DNA of 64,000 nucleotides from an uncultured Thermoplasmata archaeon (GCA_963696985.1 CAVOMG010000002.1:3681-67680); one strand, 5' to 3'. Numbered from the stretch's first letter, positions 29,739-41,567 are shown. Translations and numbers: made by a program. Notes: generated by a model from the letters alone, not told the origin.

Positions 29739-30851
29739 ATGTGTGAATCCAACACATCGGTGACGTCCCCTTCGGTGATCCTCGTGGCCGTGATCGTCGT
29801 CGCCGCCGGCGGGGGCGCGGTGGGCTTCTTCGCGGGCTACGAATATCGGGGCTCGCCGGCGGCCGCCCCCGCGGCCGTTTCGAACTCGACCCTGAGCGTC
29901 CTCGGCGCGGGGGCGCTCGTCCCCACGTTCCCCCAGCTCGCCGCCGCGCTCGTCAACGAGACCCCCGGGATCAGCGCGCCCACGGCCGCTCAGACCTACG
30001 AGGGTTCGCTCGATGTCACGACCGCCATCACTTCCTTGAGCGCCCGAACCGATGTGGCCGCGGTCGCGGACTACCGGCTCATCCCGCCCCGGCTCGAGCC
30101 GAGGTTCGCGAGCTACGAGATCGTCTTCGGCACGACCCCGGAAGTGCTCGTCTACAACCCGGGGATCCCCGCGTTCCAGGGGATCAACTCGACGAACTGG
30201 GCCGAGAAGCTCGTGAAGGACGTGATGACGGCCGGCAACGCCCCGTTCGCGGTCTGGAACGCGTCGACCGACCCGAACGGCTACAACGAGATCTTCAGCC
30301 TCGAGCTTCAGGGCCTGCTCGAGAGCGGGTCGGCGACCACCTACTACTCTACGTTCTACGGGGGAGGGGTGGGTCATCCGGCGGTCCCGAGCGCCTCGAC
30401 CACGAAGATCGAGAAGGAGCCCCAGGCCGCCATCCTCGTCAAGACCGGCGTCGTCTCGGCGTTGATCACTTATCGGGCCTACGCCGTGGCGAACGGCCTC
30501 ACCTTCGTTCCGTTCAACCCGATCGTCGGCCTCTCCGCGAACAACTCCACGGCGTTCACCGACTACGGAAAGATCTCGACCACGATCTTGGGGTCCGACC
30601 ACTCGCTCTCGACCGTGACGCCGGCACCGGTCCTCTTTGCGGCGACGGTCCCGCTCAACGCCCCCAACGCGGCCCTGGCCGAGGCGTTCCTCCACCTGCT
30701 CCTCTCGCCCCAGGGGAGCGCCATCCTCGACGCCGGGGGCGCCTTCACCCCGATCTTCCCCGGCTGGGCGGACCATCCCACGGCGGTCCCCCCCGAACTG
30801 GCTCCGGACGTGGTCCCACTTCCGGGGTGGGCGGCGAGCGCGCTCGGATGA
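29739..30851 (+). CDS. wtpA: Tungstate/molybdate ABC transporter substrate-binding protein (WtpA-like)
   Basis: N-terminal TM anchor, AGAL, GSL, VADY, DPNGY, YRAYA, TVP.NAPN; alternative GTG start at 29760. Confidence 0.8.
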   Translation: MCESNTSVTSPSVILVAVIVVAAGGGAVGFFAGYEYRGSPAAAPAAVSNSTLSVLGAGALVPTFPQLAAALVNETPGISAPTAAQTYEGSLDVTTAITSLSARTDVAAVADYRLIPPRLEPRFASYEIVFGTTPEVLVYNPGIPAFQGINSTNWAEKLVKDVMTAGNAPFAVWNASTDPNGYNEIFSLELQGLLESGSATTYYSTFYGGGVGHPAVPSASTTKIEKEPQAAILVKTGVVSALITYRAYAVANGLTFVPFNPIVGLSANNSTAFTDYGKISTTILGSDHSLSTVTPAPVLFAATVPLNAPNAALAEAFLHLLLSPQGSAILDAGGAFTPIFPGWADHPTAVPPELAPDVVPLPGWAASALG

Positions 30852-31716
30852 ACGATGGCCCCGGACCGGTTCGGCCGGGCGGGCGCGGTTCGGCCTGGTT
30901 CGGGCTCGAGCTCGTCCTTTCCGGTTCGCTCCTCCTGCTCTTCTTCCTCCCGATCGTCGCCCTGTTCACCTACGCGCCCTTCGGCGACCTCGTCGCGAAC
31001 GCCCGGAGCGCCGGCGTGCGCGCCGCCTTCGACCTCACCTTCCTCGCCTCGGGGATCGCGCTCCTCGCGTCCGTGCTCTTCGCGATCCCCCTCGGCTACC
31101 TCCTCGCCCGGAGGGTCTTCCCGGGACGCGCGGTCGTGGAGTCGCTCGTCACGCTGCCGGTCGTCGTCCCGCACCTCCTCGTCGGCCTCGGGCTCTTCTT
31201 CCTCCTGATCCCGGGGGCGCCGCTCTACCGGTTCACCCAGGCGATCGGCTTCCCCGTCTACGACACGATCTGGGGGGTCATCCTCGTCATGGTGTTCGTG
31301 AGCGCGCCCTACACCGTCCTCGCGAGCGAGCTCTCCTTCCGGGCCGTCGACGAGCGGGTGCTCGAGGCGTCCCGCTCCCTCGGGGCGGGACGCGCGACGG
31401 CGTTTCTCTCGGTCACGATGCCCCTCGCCCTCCGCGGGATCGTCGCGGGCCTCATCCTCTCCTGGGCCCGGGCGGTCAGCGAGATCGGGGGCCTGCTCGT
31501 TCTCGCCTACACGGTCTACCCGGGCGGTCCCTACTCGGGCCCGGTGACCTCGACCGTATCGGTCTACGTCTACGACCTCTTCCAGACGGGCGACCTCGCC
31601 GACGCCGCCGCCGTGAGCTCCCTCTTCCTCCTCGTCGCGTTCTCCCTCTTCCTCATCGTCCGGATCGGCGAACGCTCTGGATGGGTGCCTTGGCGCCGGG
31701 GGAGCTCGCCCCATGA
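30848..31716 (+). CDS. wtpB: Tungstate/molybdate ABC permease
   Basis: LPVVVPH, EAA loop LEASRSLGA, WARAVSEIG. The end is probably at 31716 (G-run indel); the ORF as called runs to 31792. Confidence 0.85.
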
Positions 31717-32759
31717 GCTCGCACTGGCGCGTCGAAGGGTTGACCGCCCGCGTCGAGGGGTTCCACCTGGGCCCGGTCGATCTCGAACTTGACCCCGGTC
31801 ACGCCATCGCGGTCCTCGGGGCCTCGGGCGCCGGCAAGACCACGCTCCTGCGGACCCTCGCGGGGTTCGTCCGGCCGGAGGGCGGCCGGATCCTCCGGGA
31901 CGGTGTGGACATCACGCGATGGCTTCCGGAGCAGCGGTCCCTCGGCTACGTCCCGCAGGGCCTCGGGCTCTTTCCTCACCGGACGGTCGAGGGGAACATC
32001 CGCTTCCCGATGGAGGTGCGAGGCCGGTCCGACGCGAGCGATCGGACGAAAGCCCTCATCGAGCGCTTCGGCCTCGCCCCACTCGCCCGGCGCCGCCCGG
32101 CCCGCCTGAGCGCGGGCGAGCAGCAACGCGTCGCGCTCGCCCGGGCCCTGGCCGCCGAGCCGCGCCTCATCGTCTGGGATGAGCCTTGGCAGGGACTCGA
32201 CGTGCTCGCGCGCCACGAACTCGGGGCCGTCCTCGCCGAACTCCGCGAGGAGGAGCGGGTCCCCGTGGTCGTGGTGACCCACGACCCGGCCCTCGCGTTC
32301 TCGCTCGCCGAGTCGTTCCTGGTCCTCTCCAAAGGCCGGGTGCGGTCGCGTGGGGACGCCTCGACCCTGCTGAGGGCACCCGGGGATCCTTTCGCCGCCC
32401 GGTTCGTCGGGTTCGAGAACGTCTTCGATCGGTCGGCGCTCGACGGGGGCTCCCCTCGGTCGCTTGGGGCGTGGCTCCTCGAACGGGCCGGACCCGAGGG
32501 GGTAGCGTTCCGGAACCCGACCTGGTCGGCCGGTCCGCCGGATCCGGAGGCCCCTTGGTCCGGGACGGTCCGAAGCGCCCGCCCGTCCCCGTCGGGGTCA
32601 CGGGTAGAGGTTCGTATCGATGGGTTGACCGTCCTCTTGACGGGGACCGTCGACGACGAGAGCGCCCTGCCCGCGCTCGGGTCGATCGTGCGCTTCGGGA
32701 TCGACGATACCTCCGTGCACGCCTTGGGCGCCGGGGGATTCACCCCCGGGGCGGGCTGA
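31713..32759 (+). CDS. wtpC: ABC transporter ATPase (WtpC/ModC-like)
   Basis: GASGAGKT, LSAGEQQRVALARAL, WDEP, VTHD. Confidence 0.88.
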   Translation: MSSHWRVEGLTARVEGFHLGPVDLELDPGHAIAVLGASGAGKTTLLRTLAGFVRPEGGRILRDGVDITRWLPEQRSLGYVPQGLGLFPHRTVEGNIRFPMEVRGRSDASDRTKALIERFGLAPLARRRPARLSAGEQQRVALARALAAEPRLIVWDEPWQGLDVLARHELGAVLAELREEERVPVVVVTHDPALAFSLAESFLVLSKGRVRSRGDASTLLRAPGDPFAARFVGFENVFDRSALDGGSPRSLGAWLLERAGPEGVAFRNPTWSAGPPDPEAPWSGTVRSARPSPSGSRVEVRIDGLTVLLTGTVDDESALPALGSIVRFGIDDTSVHALGAGGFTPGAG

Positions 32760-32762
32760 GCG

Positions 32763-33452
32763 ATGCGGGCGCGTACCGTCACCGACACCGACGTCGCCCT
32801 GCTTCGCTCGGTCGGGCGGGAGCGCTCGGTCGTCGCGGCGAGCCGATCGGTCGGGATTTCCCGGGACCTCGCGAACTACCGATTGGGCCGGCTCGCCCGG
32901 ACCTTCGGGGGCCCTGTGGTCGAGGGGATCCGGGGCGGCCGGGGACACGGGAGCACCCGGCTCACGGAGCTCGGGGACCAGATCGTCCGAGGGGGATTCG
33001 ACTCCGTCCGTCTTCTCGATGCCCGGCCGGTCACCCCGCCGTACCGATCGAACCGGTTCATCGGACGTTACCGTGCGGGCCCCCCGCCCCAGATCGAGCT
33101 CGGAGGAGGAAGCCGGCTGCGCGTGGCTTTCTCCGCGGAACCGGGAGAGACCGTCCGGGCCCTCGTAGACCCCGAGGCGATCCTGGTGGCCCGCGGACGG
33201 TTCCGTTCGAGCGCCCGGAACGTCCTGCGCTCGAAGGTCGTGTCGATCGAACACGGTCCGGGTCCCGGAGAAGCCACCCTTGTCGCCCGGTGGGGTACGA
33301 GACGCTGGCGGGTGGCGGTGACCGACGAGACGGTCCAGTCGCTCGGCCTCGCCCGGGGAGCGAGCGTGTGGCTTTACGTGAAGGCGACCGCGATCCGGCG
33401 GGTCGGCCGGGCCGGGCGGGCCGGCCCTACTCGCGGATCCCCTCGGAGGTGA
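32763..33452 (+). CDS. ModE-like regulator (HTH + TOBE)
   Basis: [28 protein letters not shown]. Confidence 0.8.
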   Translation: MRARTVTDTDVALLRSVGRERSVVAASRSVGISRDLANYRLGRLARTFGGPVVEGIRGGRGHGSTRLTELGDQIVRGGFDSVRLLDARPVTPPYRSNRFIGRYRAGPPPQIELGGGSRLRVAFSAEPGETVRALVDPEAILVARGRFRSSARNVLRSKVVSIEHGPGPGEATLVARWGTRRWRVAVTDETVQSLGLARGASVWLYVKATAIRRVGRAGRAGPTRGSPRR

Positions 33453-34422
33453 GCGAGAAGACCGCCTCCCCCTCGGGGAGGTTCGGCGAATCGATCAACC
33501 GGGCGATCCGCTTCGGGGGCTTCGACTTGCGGAGGAAGATCCGGTAGGTCGCGGCGTGGGCGACGATGTTCCCGCCGATCGGGCGGGTCGGGTCGCCGAA
33601 GAGGATGTCGGGCCGGGAGGAGACCTGGTTCGTCACCACGATGGCGGCGTTGTACGTGTCGCCGAACTTCAGGAGCTCGTGGAGGTGGCGGTTCAGGAGC
33701 TGCTGCCGGGGGGCGAGCTCGGCCCGGCCGACATACTCGCTGCGGAAGTGCGCCGTGAGCGAGTCGACCACGATCAGGCGGATCGGGCGCTCCCGGGCGA
33801 GCTCCTGGGCCTTCTGGACGAGGAGCATCTGGTGGTTCGAGTTGTACGCCCGCGCAATGTGGATCTTGGTGAGGGCCTCGGTCGGGTCGAGGCCGGCGGC
33901 CTTCGCCATGTCGACGATCCGCTCGGGGCGGAAGGTGCTCTCGGTGTCGATGTAGACGACCTCACCACTGAGCCCCCCCTGGCCGACCGGCTGCTGGACG
34001 TTCACGGCGATCTGGTGGGCGAGCTGGGTCTTGCCGGTCCCGAACTCGCCGGCGAACTCGGTGATCGCCTGGGTCTCGACCCCGCCCCCGAGGAGCTCGT
34101 CGAGGGCGCTCGAGCTCGTCGAGATCCGGCCGAGCTTCTTGCGGCGTTCGAGGAGGATCGTGCCGACCTCGAAGCTCCCCACGTCGGCCTGGCGACGGGC
34201 TTCGGCGATGATCTTCTGGGCGATGGCGGTCCCGATCTCGGCCGCCTCGGCGACGTCACCGGGGGAGGCGACCGCGAGCTCCATGAGGTCGGTGTAGCCG
34301 GCCTCCCGAAGCTTGTCGGCCGTCGCCGCGCCGACGCCGGCCAGGTCCTCGAGGGCGACCTCGCGCTTCGGGGTCTCTTCCTCGTCGGCCGGGCTCGATC
34401 GAGCGGATGTCCTCGCCACCAC
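33427..34422 (-). CDS. radA: DNA repair and recombination protein RadA
   Basis: N-terminal Hh[40 protein letters not shown]. Confidence 0.97.
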   Translation of the reverse strand: MVARTSARSSPADEEETPKREVALEDLAGVGAATADKLREAGYTDLMELAVASPGDVAEAAEIGTAIAQKIIAEARRQADVGSFEVGTILLERRKKLGRISTSSSALDELLGGGVETQAITEFAGEFGTGKTQLAHQIAVNVQQPVGQGGLSGEVVYIDTESTFRPERIVDMAKAAGLDPTEALTKIHIARAYNSNHQMLLVQKAQELARERPIRLIVVDSLTAHFRSEYVGRAELAPRQQLLNRHLHELLKFGDTYNAAIVVTNQVSSRPDILFGDPTRPIGGNIVAHAATYRIFLRKSKPPKRIARLIDSPNLPEGEAVFSLTSEGIRE

Positions 34423-34519
34423 GCTCGCCGAGCGGCGCCCCGGTTGATAAAGGGAGGGGAGGGGGCGAGAAACGGTGGTCGGTGGATGTCGGACGGTCGC
34501 TCCCCGGGTCGTCCCGGCC

Positions 34520-35493
34520 CTAGAAGGAGCCCGACGGCGCTGAGCCGTCGGTCGGGTGGAACGGCTCTCCGGTGAGCCGCTCGAAGACCGTCGTATAGAG
34601 GCGGCTCACCTCATCGACCAGGAGCGGGGGCAGCGGGGGGATCGGGGCTCGGGCTCGCCGGCGGCCCGCGCCTTCAGGAGGGCGTCGTGGTAGCCGATCG
34701 TCCGGTAATGCTGGCGGACGAACTCCTTCGAGAACTCGACCTGGCGGCCCCGCTCGAAGGCGCCCTTGTCCCAGAAGCGGTCCTCGTCGGCCGTGCCGAA
34801 CGTGTCGACGAGCATCAGGCGTCCCTCGTCGTCGATCGCGAACTCCTTCTTCCCGTCGACGTGGAGGAGCCCCCGGGGCTCGATCTCCCGCTCCATCGCG
34901 GCGTCGACCTTGCGGATCGTCGACTCGATCTCCTCGAGCCTCGCCCGGTCGATCGCGGCGAGCTCGAGCGCCTCGGCGACGTCGACCGGGCGGTCGACCG
35001 GCTCGAGCTTGGTCGTCATCTCGAAGAGCGGCTGGGGGAGCCGCTCGCCGTACTCGACCCGGCGGCCCGCCGGGAAACCGAGCTCCTCGGGCCGGACCGA
35101 TCCGGCCTTCACCCGGTCCCACATCGAGCCGGCGACGTAGTAGCGCATGATGAACTCGAGGGGGAGGAGGTAGTTCTTCGGGGACGGGCCGAGGGTCGCG
35201 GGCTTCGGGACGACGCGCACGCGGCGGACCCGCATCGCGGTCGGCCCCGCGAGGCTGAGGAAATGGTGGGGGACCTTCAACCGGGTGCAGACCTGGAACC
35301 AGTGGGCGGCGGTGAGGTTGAGGGTCTCCCCCTTGTGCGGGATCTCGCTCGGGATGTGCTTGTCGAAGACGGAGATGTCGTTCGTGAACCGGAACTCGAG
35401 CTCGGAGTCCGAAACTTCGTAGACCTCCTTGACCTTGCCGCGTCGCAGGTACTTCGGGCTCGACGGCGCGCTCGGGCTCGGTCGGGGCGACAT
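34520..35493 (-). CDS. purC: SAICAR synthetase (indel near 34645)
   Basis: GKVKEVY, ISVFD, DGKKEF, DEDRFW, SKEFVR; the C-terminus PPLP...[10 protein letters not shown] is in the shifted frame. Confidence 0.93.
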
Positions 35494-35551
35494 TGCGGGC
35501 CGAGCAGCGTGCCCTTACTAATGCTGTGCGGCGCGTTTTCGGTCGGGCGCC

Positions 35552-36061
35552 CTACAGCGAGCGCGCGTGCAGGGCCGTGATCGGGCGGAACCCCCGCTTC
35601 TGGTAGAAGCGGACGGCGATCTCGTTGTTCGAGGGGAACTCGGCGGTGACGACCGCCGCGCCGAGCGCCTTCAGGCGCGCGGTCGTCTCCTTGAGCAGGA
35701 ACTCGCCGACGCCCCGCCGCCGGTAGAGCGGGAGGAGGTAGATGTCGAGGATGACCCCCTCGAGCTCGGGGAGGTAGAACCTCCGCTCGCGGACCTGGGC
35801 CCGAACGACCCCGACCACCTTGTCGCGGTCCGGGCCCACGCCTTCGGCCGCCAGGACGACCCCCTTCGGGTTCGCGAGATCGGCGAGGAGGACCTCGGCG
35901 GCCCGCTCGGAGGCGTCGTCGCGGACCTTGAGCAGCGGGTCGAACTCCTCGTTGAGCCGCTTGAGCCGGACGATCAGCGGGACCAGCGCCGGGACATCCT
36001 CCGGGGTCGCCGGCCTTAGGTGGATCGGGATCGGCGCCTCGGCCGCGGAGGTTTCGCTCAT
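35552..36061 (-). CDS. GNAT acetyltransferase
   Basis: YRRRGVG, NEIAVRFYQKRGF. Confidence 0.88.
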   Translation of the reverse strand: MSETSAAEAPIPIHLRPATPEDVPALVPLIVRLKRLNEEFDPLLKVRDDASERAAEVLLADLANPKGVVLAAEGVGPDRDKVVGVVRAQVRERRFYLPELEGVILDIYLLPLYRRRGVGEFLLKETTARLKALGAAVVTAEFPSNNEIAVRFYQKRGFRPITALHARSL

Positions 36062-37485
36062 CGGCCCTCCTCCTCCCCGCCGGGCTCGTCGGGCATCGGC
36101 CTCGTCAAGTGGTCCGCGGAGAGGGCATTCACGAGCTTCGCCGGTCGTTCCATGAGTTCCATCGCCCGGAGGAGGAACTCCTCCCGGCTCTTTTCGGTTC
36201 GGGCGATCCCCAGCGCGACCGCTTTCGAGGCGACCGCGGCCGCCATCTGAGGGAAGACCTCCCGTTCGTCCATCGTCGGAAGGATATGCTCGGCGGTGAG
36301 TCCGCCGGCCTCGGCGCCCTTCGCGAGCTCTCGGGCCGCCGTCAGGACGAGCTCGTCGGGGATCGATCGGGCGCGCGCGTCGAGGACGCCCCGGAAGACC
36401 GCCGGGAAGACGAGGGAGTTATTCACCTGGTTCGGGAAGTCGGATCGGCCCGTGGCGACCACGGCCGCCCCGGCCGAGAGGGCGTCGGCCGGCCAGATCT
36501 CGGGCATCGGGTTCGCGAGGGCGAAGACGATCGGGTGGTCGGCCATCCGATGGATCCCTTCCGGAGTCACCGTTCCCGGCACGGGCGTCGAGGCGGCGAG
36601 CAGGACGTCCGCCCCGTCGAGGGCTTCAGGGAGCCCGCCCGTCCGGCCGCCCCCGTGGGTCTGGAGCGCGAGACGGTACTTCCAGCGGTTCCGCACCATC
36701 ATCTCGTCGATGTCGGAGCGCTCCCCGTGGAGGATGCCGCGGTGGTCGACGAGCGTGAGGCGGCGGGGGTCGTGGCCGAGGGCGATCAGCAGGCGGGCGG
36801 TGGCGAGGTTCGCCGCGCCGGCACCGAGCATCACGGTGCGGACCGAGCCGATCGATCGCTGGGTGAGGGTGAGGGCGTTCAGGAGGCCCGCGACCGTCGC
36901 GGCAGCCGTCCCGAGCTGATCGTCGTGCCAGACCGGGATTGGGAGGCGGCGCTGGAGCTCCTCGAGCACGTAGAAGCACTTCGGGGAGGCGATGTCCTCG
37001 AGGTTGATCGCCCCGAACGCCGGGGCGAGCCTCAGGACGGTCTCCACGAGCTCCTCGGGCGTCCGGGTGCGCACCGGGATCGGGATCGCATCGACCCCGC
37101 CCAGGAACTTGAAGAGGAGCGCCTTCCCCTCCATGACGGGAAGCGCGGCCTCCGGGCCGATGTCGCCGAGCCCGAGGACCCGGCTGCCGTCGGTCACGAT
37201 GGCGATGGTGTTCCAACGCCCGGTGAGCTCGAAGGCCCGTTCGGGCGCCGCGGCGATCTCTCGGGAGACCTCCGCGATCCCGGGGGTGTACCAGAGCGAG
37301 AAATCGCGTAGGCTTCTGACCGGTACCTTGGGGACGGTCTCGATCTTCCCCTGGTAGTAGCGCGCGAGCCGGGCCGACCGCTCGTTGAGCGCCTCGGTCT
37401 GGTCGACCTCGGCGTGGTGGGCCGTCTCCTCCCGCTTCCGCGGATCGCGGGCCGGATTCGGGGCAGGGGCCGACGCCGGCACCAT
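36058..37485 (-). CDS. NAD(P)-dependent malic enzyme
   Basis: YTPG, VTDGSRVLGLG, PVMEGK, NLEDI, HDDQ.GTA, ALANP.PEI, ATGRSDFPNQVNN. Confidence 0.93.
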   Translation of the reverse strand: MVPASAPAPNPARDPRKREETAHHAEVDQTEALNERSARLARYYQGKIETVPKVPVRSLRDFSLWYTPGIAEVSREIAAAPERAFELTGRWNTIAIVTDGSRVLGLGDIGPEAALPVMEGKALLFKFLGGVDAIPIPVRTRTPEELVETVLRLAPAFGAINLEDIASPKCFYVLEELQRRLPIPVWHDDQLGTAAATVAGLLNALTLTQRSIGSVRTVMLGAGAANLATARLLIALGHDPRRLTLVDHRGILHGERSDIDEMMVRNRWKYRLALQTHGGGRTGGLPEALDGADVLLAASTPVPGTVTPEGIHRMADHPIVFALANPMPEIWPADALSAGAAVVATGRSDFPNQVNNSLVFPAVFRGVLDARARSIPDELVLTAARELAKGAEAGGLTAEHILPTMDEREVFPQMAAAVASKAVALGIARTEKSREEFLLRAMELMERPAKLVNALSADHLTRPMPDEPGGEEEGR

Positions 37486-37761
37486 CGGAAGGAAACGGAG
37501 CGGCGCTCGGAAGATAACGTTTCTTGCGGACGAACGGGCGTTCGTCAGGTGTCGTTTTCCGCGGGACGGGCCCGGACCCGGGAGCGTGGCCACGTGCTCC
37601 GATCTCGTCGGCGTTCCGGTCCCATGCGCCCGGCGTCCACGTGGGCGCGGCCGGGCTTCGACGAGCGCTCGAACGGCCGCCGATTTGTCCGAGGCGCAAG
37701 CCCGTTTCGCCCTCCGAATCCCGCCACGCTTAAACCTCGAACCCGGCTCCGCCCGCCTCCG

Positions 37762-38736
37762 ATGGAGGTCCACACCATCCTCACGGGGCCGTTCCCGCGG
37801 TCCGAAGCGCTCGTCGCGGCGACCCGCGATCTCGACCGGGGGCGCGCGTCGGGCGAGACCGTCCGGTCCCTCTTCCGGGAGACCGAGGCGGAGGTCGCCG
37901 ACCTCGAGGGCCGTCTCGGGCTCGACCCGAGGAGCGGCGGTTACCTCGCCTGGGCCGACCTCTTCCGACCGTTCGCGGAGACGTGGGGAGGGTTTACCGT
38001 GGGCCCGCTCACCCGCTGGTTCGAGACGAACACCTTCTTCCGGCAGCCGATCCTCCATGCGCCACCGGAACGGGTCGAGGGGGCGCTCGACGGTTGGTGG
38101 CCGATCGATCCCGGCGCCCGCGCCGCGGGCACCAAGGCGACCCTGCCGGGTCCCTACACGTTCGTCGGGCTCCTCGACAACCGCTCCGGCGAGACCCGCG
38201 AGGCGCTCACCCACCGGATGGGTCGCCTCCTCGCCGAGGAGGTCCGTGCGCTGCGCGCCTCGGGCTACGGGACGTTCCAGTTCCAGGAACCGATGCTGGT
38301 CGTCGATCCGCCCGAGGGGCCGCTCGCCGAGGCGACGGTCGCCGCGTACCGGGCGATCGTCGACGCGGCGGCGGGGAAACCGACGCTCGCTTGGACGTTC
38401 TTCGCCGACGCCGCCCCTTCGCTCGAGCTCCTCGCCCGCCTCCCGGTCACGGCGATCGGGGTCGACGTATCGGAGACGGAGCCGGGGAGCCTCACCGACG
38501 AGCTCTCCGGCCGAGCGCTCGGGTTCGGATGCCTCGACCCCCGCACCACGCTCTCCGAGGATCCGGCCGAGATCGCCGCGCTCGTCCATGAGGTCGCCGA
38601 GCGGCTTCGTCCCCCCTCCGTCTGGCTCGGCCCGGGCGGCCCTCTCGACCTCCTCCCGTTCTCGGCCGCGGCCCGCAAGCTCGAGGTCCTCGCGAAAGCG
38701 CGGGCCCTCCTCGAACGGCCCGGAGGCGCGGCATGA
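37762..38736 (+). CDS. Cobalamin-independent methionine synthase, N-terminal-like half (split MetE)
   Basis: GPFPR, TRWFETNTFFRQP, LPGPYT, QEP, GCLD.RTT..ED. Confidence 0.75.
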   Translation: MEVHTILTGPFPRSEALVAATRDLDRGRASGETVRSLFRETEAEVADLEGRLGLDPRSGGYLAWADLFRPFAETWGGFTVGPLTRWFETNTFFRQPILHAPPERVEGALDGWWPIDPGARAAGTKATLPGPYTFVGLLDNRSGETREALTHRMGRLLAEEVRALRASGYGTFQFQEPMLVVDPPEGPLAEATVAAYRAIVDAAAGKPTLAWTFFADAAPSLELLARLPVTAIGVDVSETEPGSLTDELSGRALGFGCLDPRTTLSEDPAEIAALVHEVAERLRPPSVWLGPGGPLDLLPFSAAARKLEVLAKARALLERPGGAA

Positions 38737-39879
38737 GCGCCCCGGCCCTGTTCCCGCTCCAGGAGATCGGCAGCCTCGCGAAGCCCCGCTGGCAGCTGAT
38801 CGGCCAGCGTGGCGAGGCGCTCGACGATCGGGCGCGCGCGGAGTTCGAGTCGTGGAACCACCGGGTCCACTTCGCCGAACCGGAGGGCCCGACGGCCCGC
38901 GCTCTCCTGTATGGCCGCCCCGGCGAGGCCGCCCCCGGCGCGGTCCGGGACCTGGGCGCGCTCTTCGCCCTCCGATACCTCGAATCGGCCGGGCTCGACC
39001 CGGGTCTACGATGGCGAGGCCCGGCGGATCGAGATGTACGAATACCCGATCCGCCAGATGCAAGGCTTCCAGTTCTTCGGCCACGTCCGTTCCTTCGACA
39101 ACAAGTACTACCTCAAGGCCGCCGCGACGGCCCCGGTCCGGCTGGAGCGACCCTACCATCTCGAGGAGTTCGAGTTCGTCAAGGCCCACACCGACCGCGT
39201 CCCGAAGATCCCGATCACGGGACCCTACACGCTCGCGGAGTGGTCGTACAACGAGTACTATCTCGGCCGGCAGTCGGGCTGGAAGGGCCGGGAGGCGCGG
39301 CGCCGGGCGCAGTCGGAGTTCGTCACGGAGATCGCCCGCTCGGCCATCCGCCCGACCCTCAAGGCGCTGATCGCCCAGGGGGCGAACGTGATCCAGATCG
39401 ATGAGCCGGCCGCGGGGACCCACCCCGACGAGGCCGAGCTCGTCGTGGAGGGGTTCAACGCCGCGACCGAGGGCCTCGACGCGACCTTCTCGATGCACAT
39501 CTGCTTCTCGGACTACAAGACGCTCTTCCCCGCGATCCTCGGGGCGAAGGCGTGCCGGCAGTGGGCCTGGGAGTTCGCGAACCGCGACACCTCCCACCAC
39601 GACGGCTACGAGGTGCTCAAGCTGTTCAAGGAGTACGGCGACGACCGGGAGATCGGTCTCGGGGTCCTCGACGTCCACCGCGACGAGGTCGAGAGCCCGG
39701 AGGTCGTCTCCTCGCGCATCCTTCGGGCGGCGGAATACCTCGGGGACCCGGAGCGGATCTGGGTGAACCCGGACTGTGGCCTTCGGACGCGCTCGCTCGA
39801 GATCTCGATGCGCAAGCTCCAGGCGATGGCCGAAGGGGCCCGAGCCGCGCGCCGAGAGTTCGGGGTGCGAGAGGCGTAG
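38733..39879 (+). CDS. metE: Cobalamin-independent methionine synthase, catalytic half (indel near 39000)
   Basis: EIGSLAKP, ITGPYTL, QIDEP, Zn ligands HIC...E...NPDCGLRT. Confidence 0.88.
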
Positions 39880-39935
39880 CCGGGGGCGAGGGCGCGCGAA
39901 CGGCGCCCGGCGAGGAAGGATCTACCGGTCCGATC

Positions 39936-41567
39936 CTAGGCGGTGGGCGCCTCGCCCGGCGCGGGAGGAACGATAGTTCCGGCGCTCGGCGGGGAGGTGA
40001 GCCGGGATCCCCCCGTGGGCACTCGGCGCCCATCGGCCGTGATCCGGAAGTTGCGGACCGGCAGCGTCAGGAGGAAGCAGACGAGGCCCAGGACGGAGAT
40101 CAGGGCGAAGATGAGCTCAAAGGCCGAGTTCCCCGGCGCCCGGAACGTCACCGTGAGCGGGCCGCCCGGCGTGGAGACGACCTTCGTGAACGTCGAGAGC
40201 ACGCTCGCCAGGATGACCGAGCCCGCGATCGGTCCGATCGACGTTCCGAGGTTGCGGAACGTGAGGTTCATCCCGGTCTGGACCCCGGTCTCCTGCGGCT
40301 TCGAGGAGAGGACGACGAGGTTGATCATCGAGATGAAGATCATGATGATCCCGGTCATCACTGGGATCGTGAAGAGGATCAGGTAGACGACCTGGTCGTT
40401 CCAGCCGGTCAAGAGGAACCCGCCGAGGAGGATGAGCGCGGCCCCGACCATCATCGCGGGCTTCGGGCCCGCGCGGCCGACCCACTTGCCGACGAACGGA
40501 GCCGCGACCATATTGACGACCGTCGTCGGAAGGCTGTAGTAGCCGAAGTCGAGCGGGGTCTTGCCGAGGCCGACCGGCGACGTCGCCTCGGCGCGCGCGA
40601 CGATCCCCACGAAGAGGAGGAACATCGCGACCCCGGCGAAGAGCCCGATCATGTTCGACAGGAGGATGTTGCGCTCCGCGAGCTTCTTGAAGTCGACCAC
40701 GGGGAGCGCGGTCCGCCGCTCCCAGAGGATGAACCCGAGGAGCGTGATCAACGAGGCGAGGAAGAACTCCGGCGATCCGAGGGGGACCCCGCCGAGCGTG
40801 GTCCCGTGCCAGTTCGCCCAACCCCAGGAGGGTCCCTCGGTGAGTCCCAGCAAGAAGAAGGCGAGCGTGCCGGCGAGCAGGATCGAGCCCGGTCCGTCGA
40901 TCGGCTGGCGGAGCCGGACGCGCGATTCCTTGAGGTAGATCACCGTCAGGACGAGGACGATCAACGCGATCGGGATCACGGTATGGTAGGTGAGCTGCCA
41001 GCCGAACGTCTGGGTGATCCACGCGCCGCCGAAGAGTCCGATCGAGGCCCCGGCGCTGAACATCGCCGAGACGATCCCCTGGGCGTAGGCGACCTGGGTC
41101 TTCGGGAACTCCTCCCCGATCATGGCGAAGGCGAGCGGAAACATCGCCATCCCGACCCCCTGGACCGCGCGGATGCCGATCAGAACGAGGAGCTCGTTCG
41201 GGCGCCCCAGGCCGATCGCGTCCCCGAGGTTCGGGCTGAACCCGGCGAACGTCACCGCCACGAAGTAGACCGCGAGGATCGCGACGAGGACGCGCTTCTT
41301 CCCGTAGATGTCGCCGAGCTTCCCGGCGATCGGCGTGAACGCGACCCCGACGAGGAGGTACACCGTCAGGATCCAGGTGACCTCGGTGTACGGGGCGTTG
41401 TTGTAGAACGTCTGGAACCTCAGGAGCCCCGGGATGATCATCGTCTCGACGTAGGTGACCATCAGGGCGGCCGCGGAGAGGATGATCAGGACCCCGCGGG
41501 CGCGTCCCGCGTCGAGGCGGGCCTGCGCCGCAGCCCCCGTTCCCCACGATCCGGACTCGGACATCAC
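39936..41567 (-). CDS. MFS transporter (DHA2-like, 14 TM)
   Basis: GKLGDIYGKKR motif A, RAVQGVG and many TM segments. Confidence 0.92.
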   Translation of the reverse strand: MMSESGSWGTGAAAQARLDAGRARGVLIILSAAALMVTYVETMIIPGLLRFQTFYNNAPYTEVTWILTVYLLVGVAFTPIAGKLGDIYGKKRVLVAILAVYFVAVTFAGFSPNLGDAIGLGRPNELLVLIGIRAVQGVGMAMFPLAFAMIGEEFPKTQVAYAQGIVSAMFSAGASIGLFGGAWITQTFGWQLTYHTVIPIALIVLVLTVIYLKESRVRLRQPIDGPGSILLAGTLAFFLLGLTEGPSWGWANWHGTTLGGVPLGSPEFFLASLITLLGFILWERRTALPVVDFKKLAERNILLSNMIGLFAGVAMFLLFVGIVARAEATSPVGLGKTPLDFGYYSLPTTVVNMVAAPFVGKWVGRAGPKPAMMVGAALILLGGFLLTGWNDQVVYLILFTIPVMTGIIMIFISMINLVVLSSKPQETGVQTGMNLTFRNLGTSIGPIAGSVILASVLSTFTKVVSTPGGPLTVTFRAPGNSAFELIFALISVLGLVCFLLTLPVRNFRITADGRRVPTGGSRLTSPPSAGTIVPPAPGEAPTA

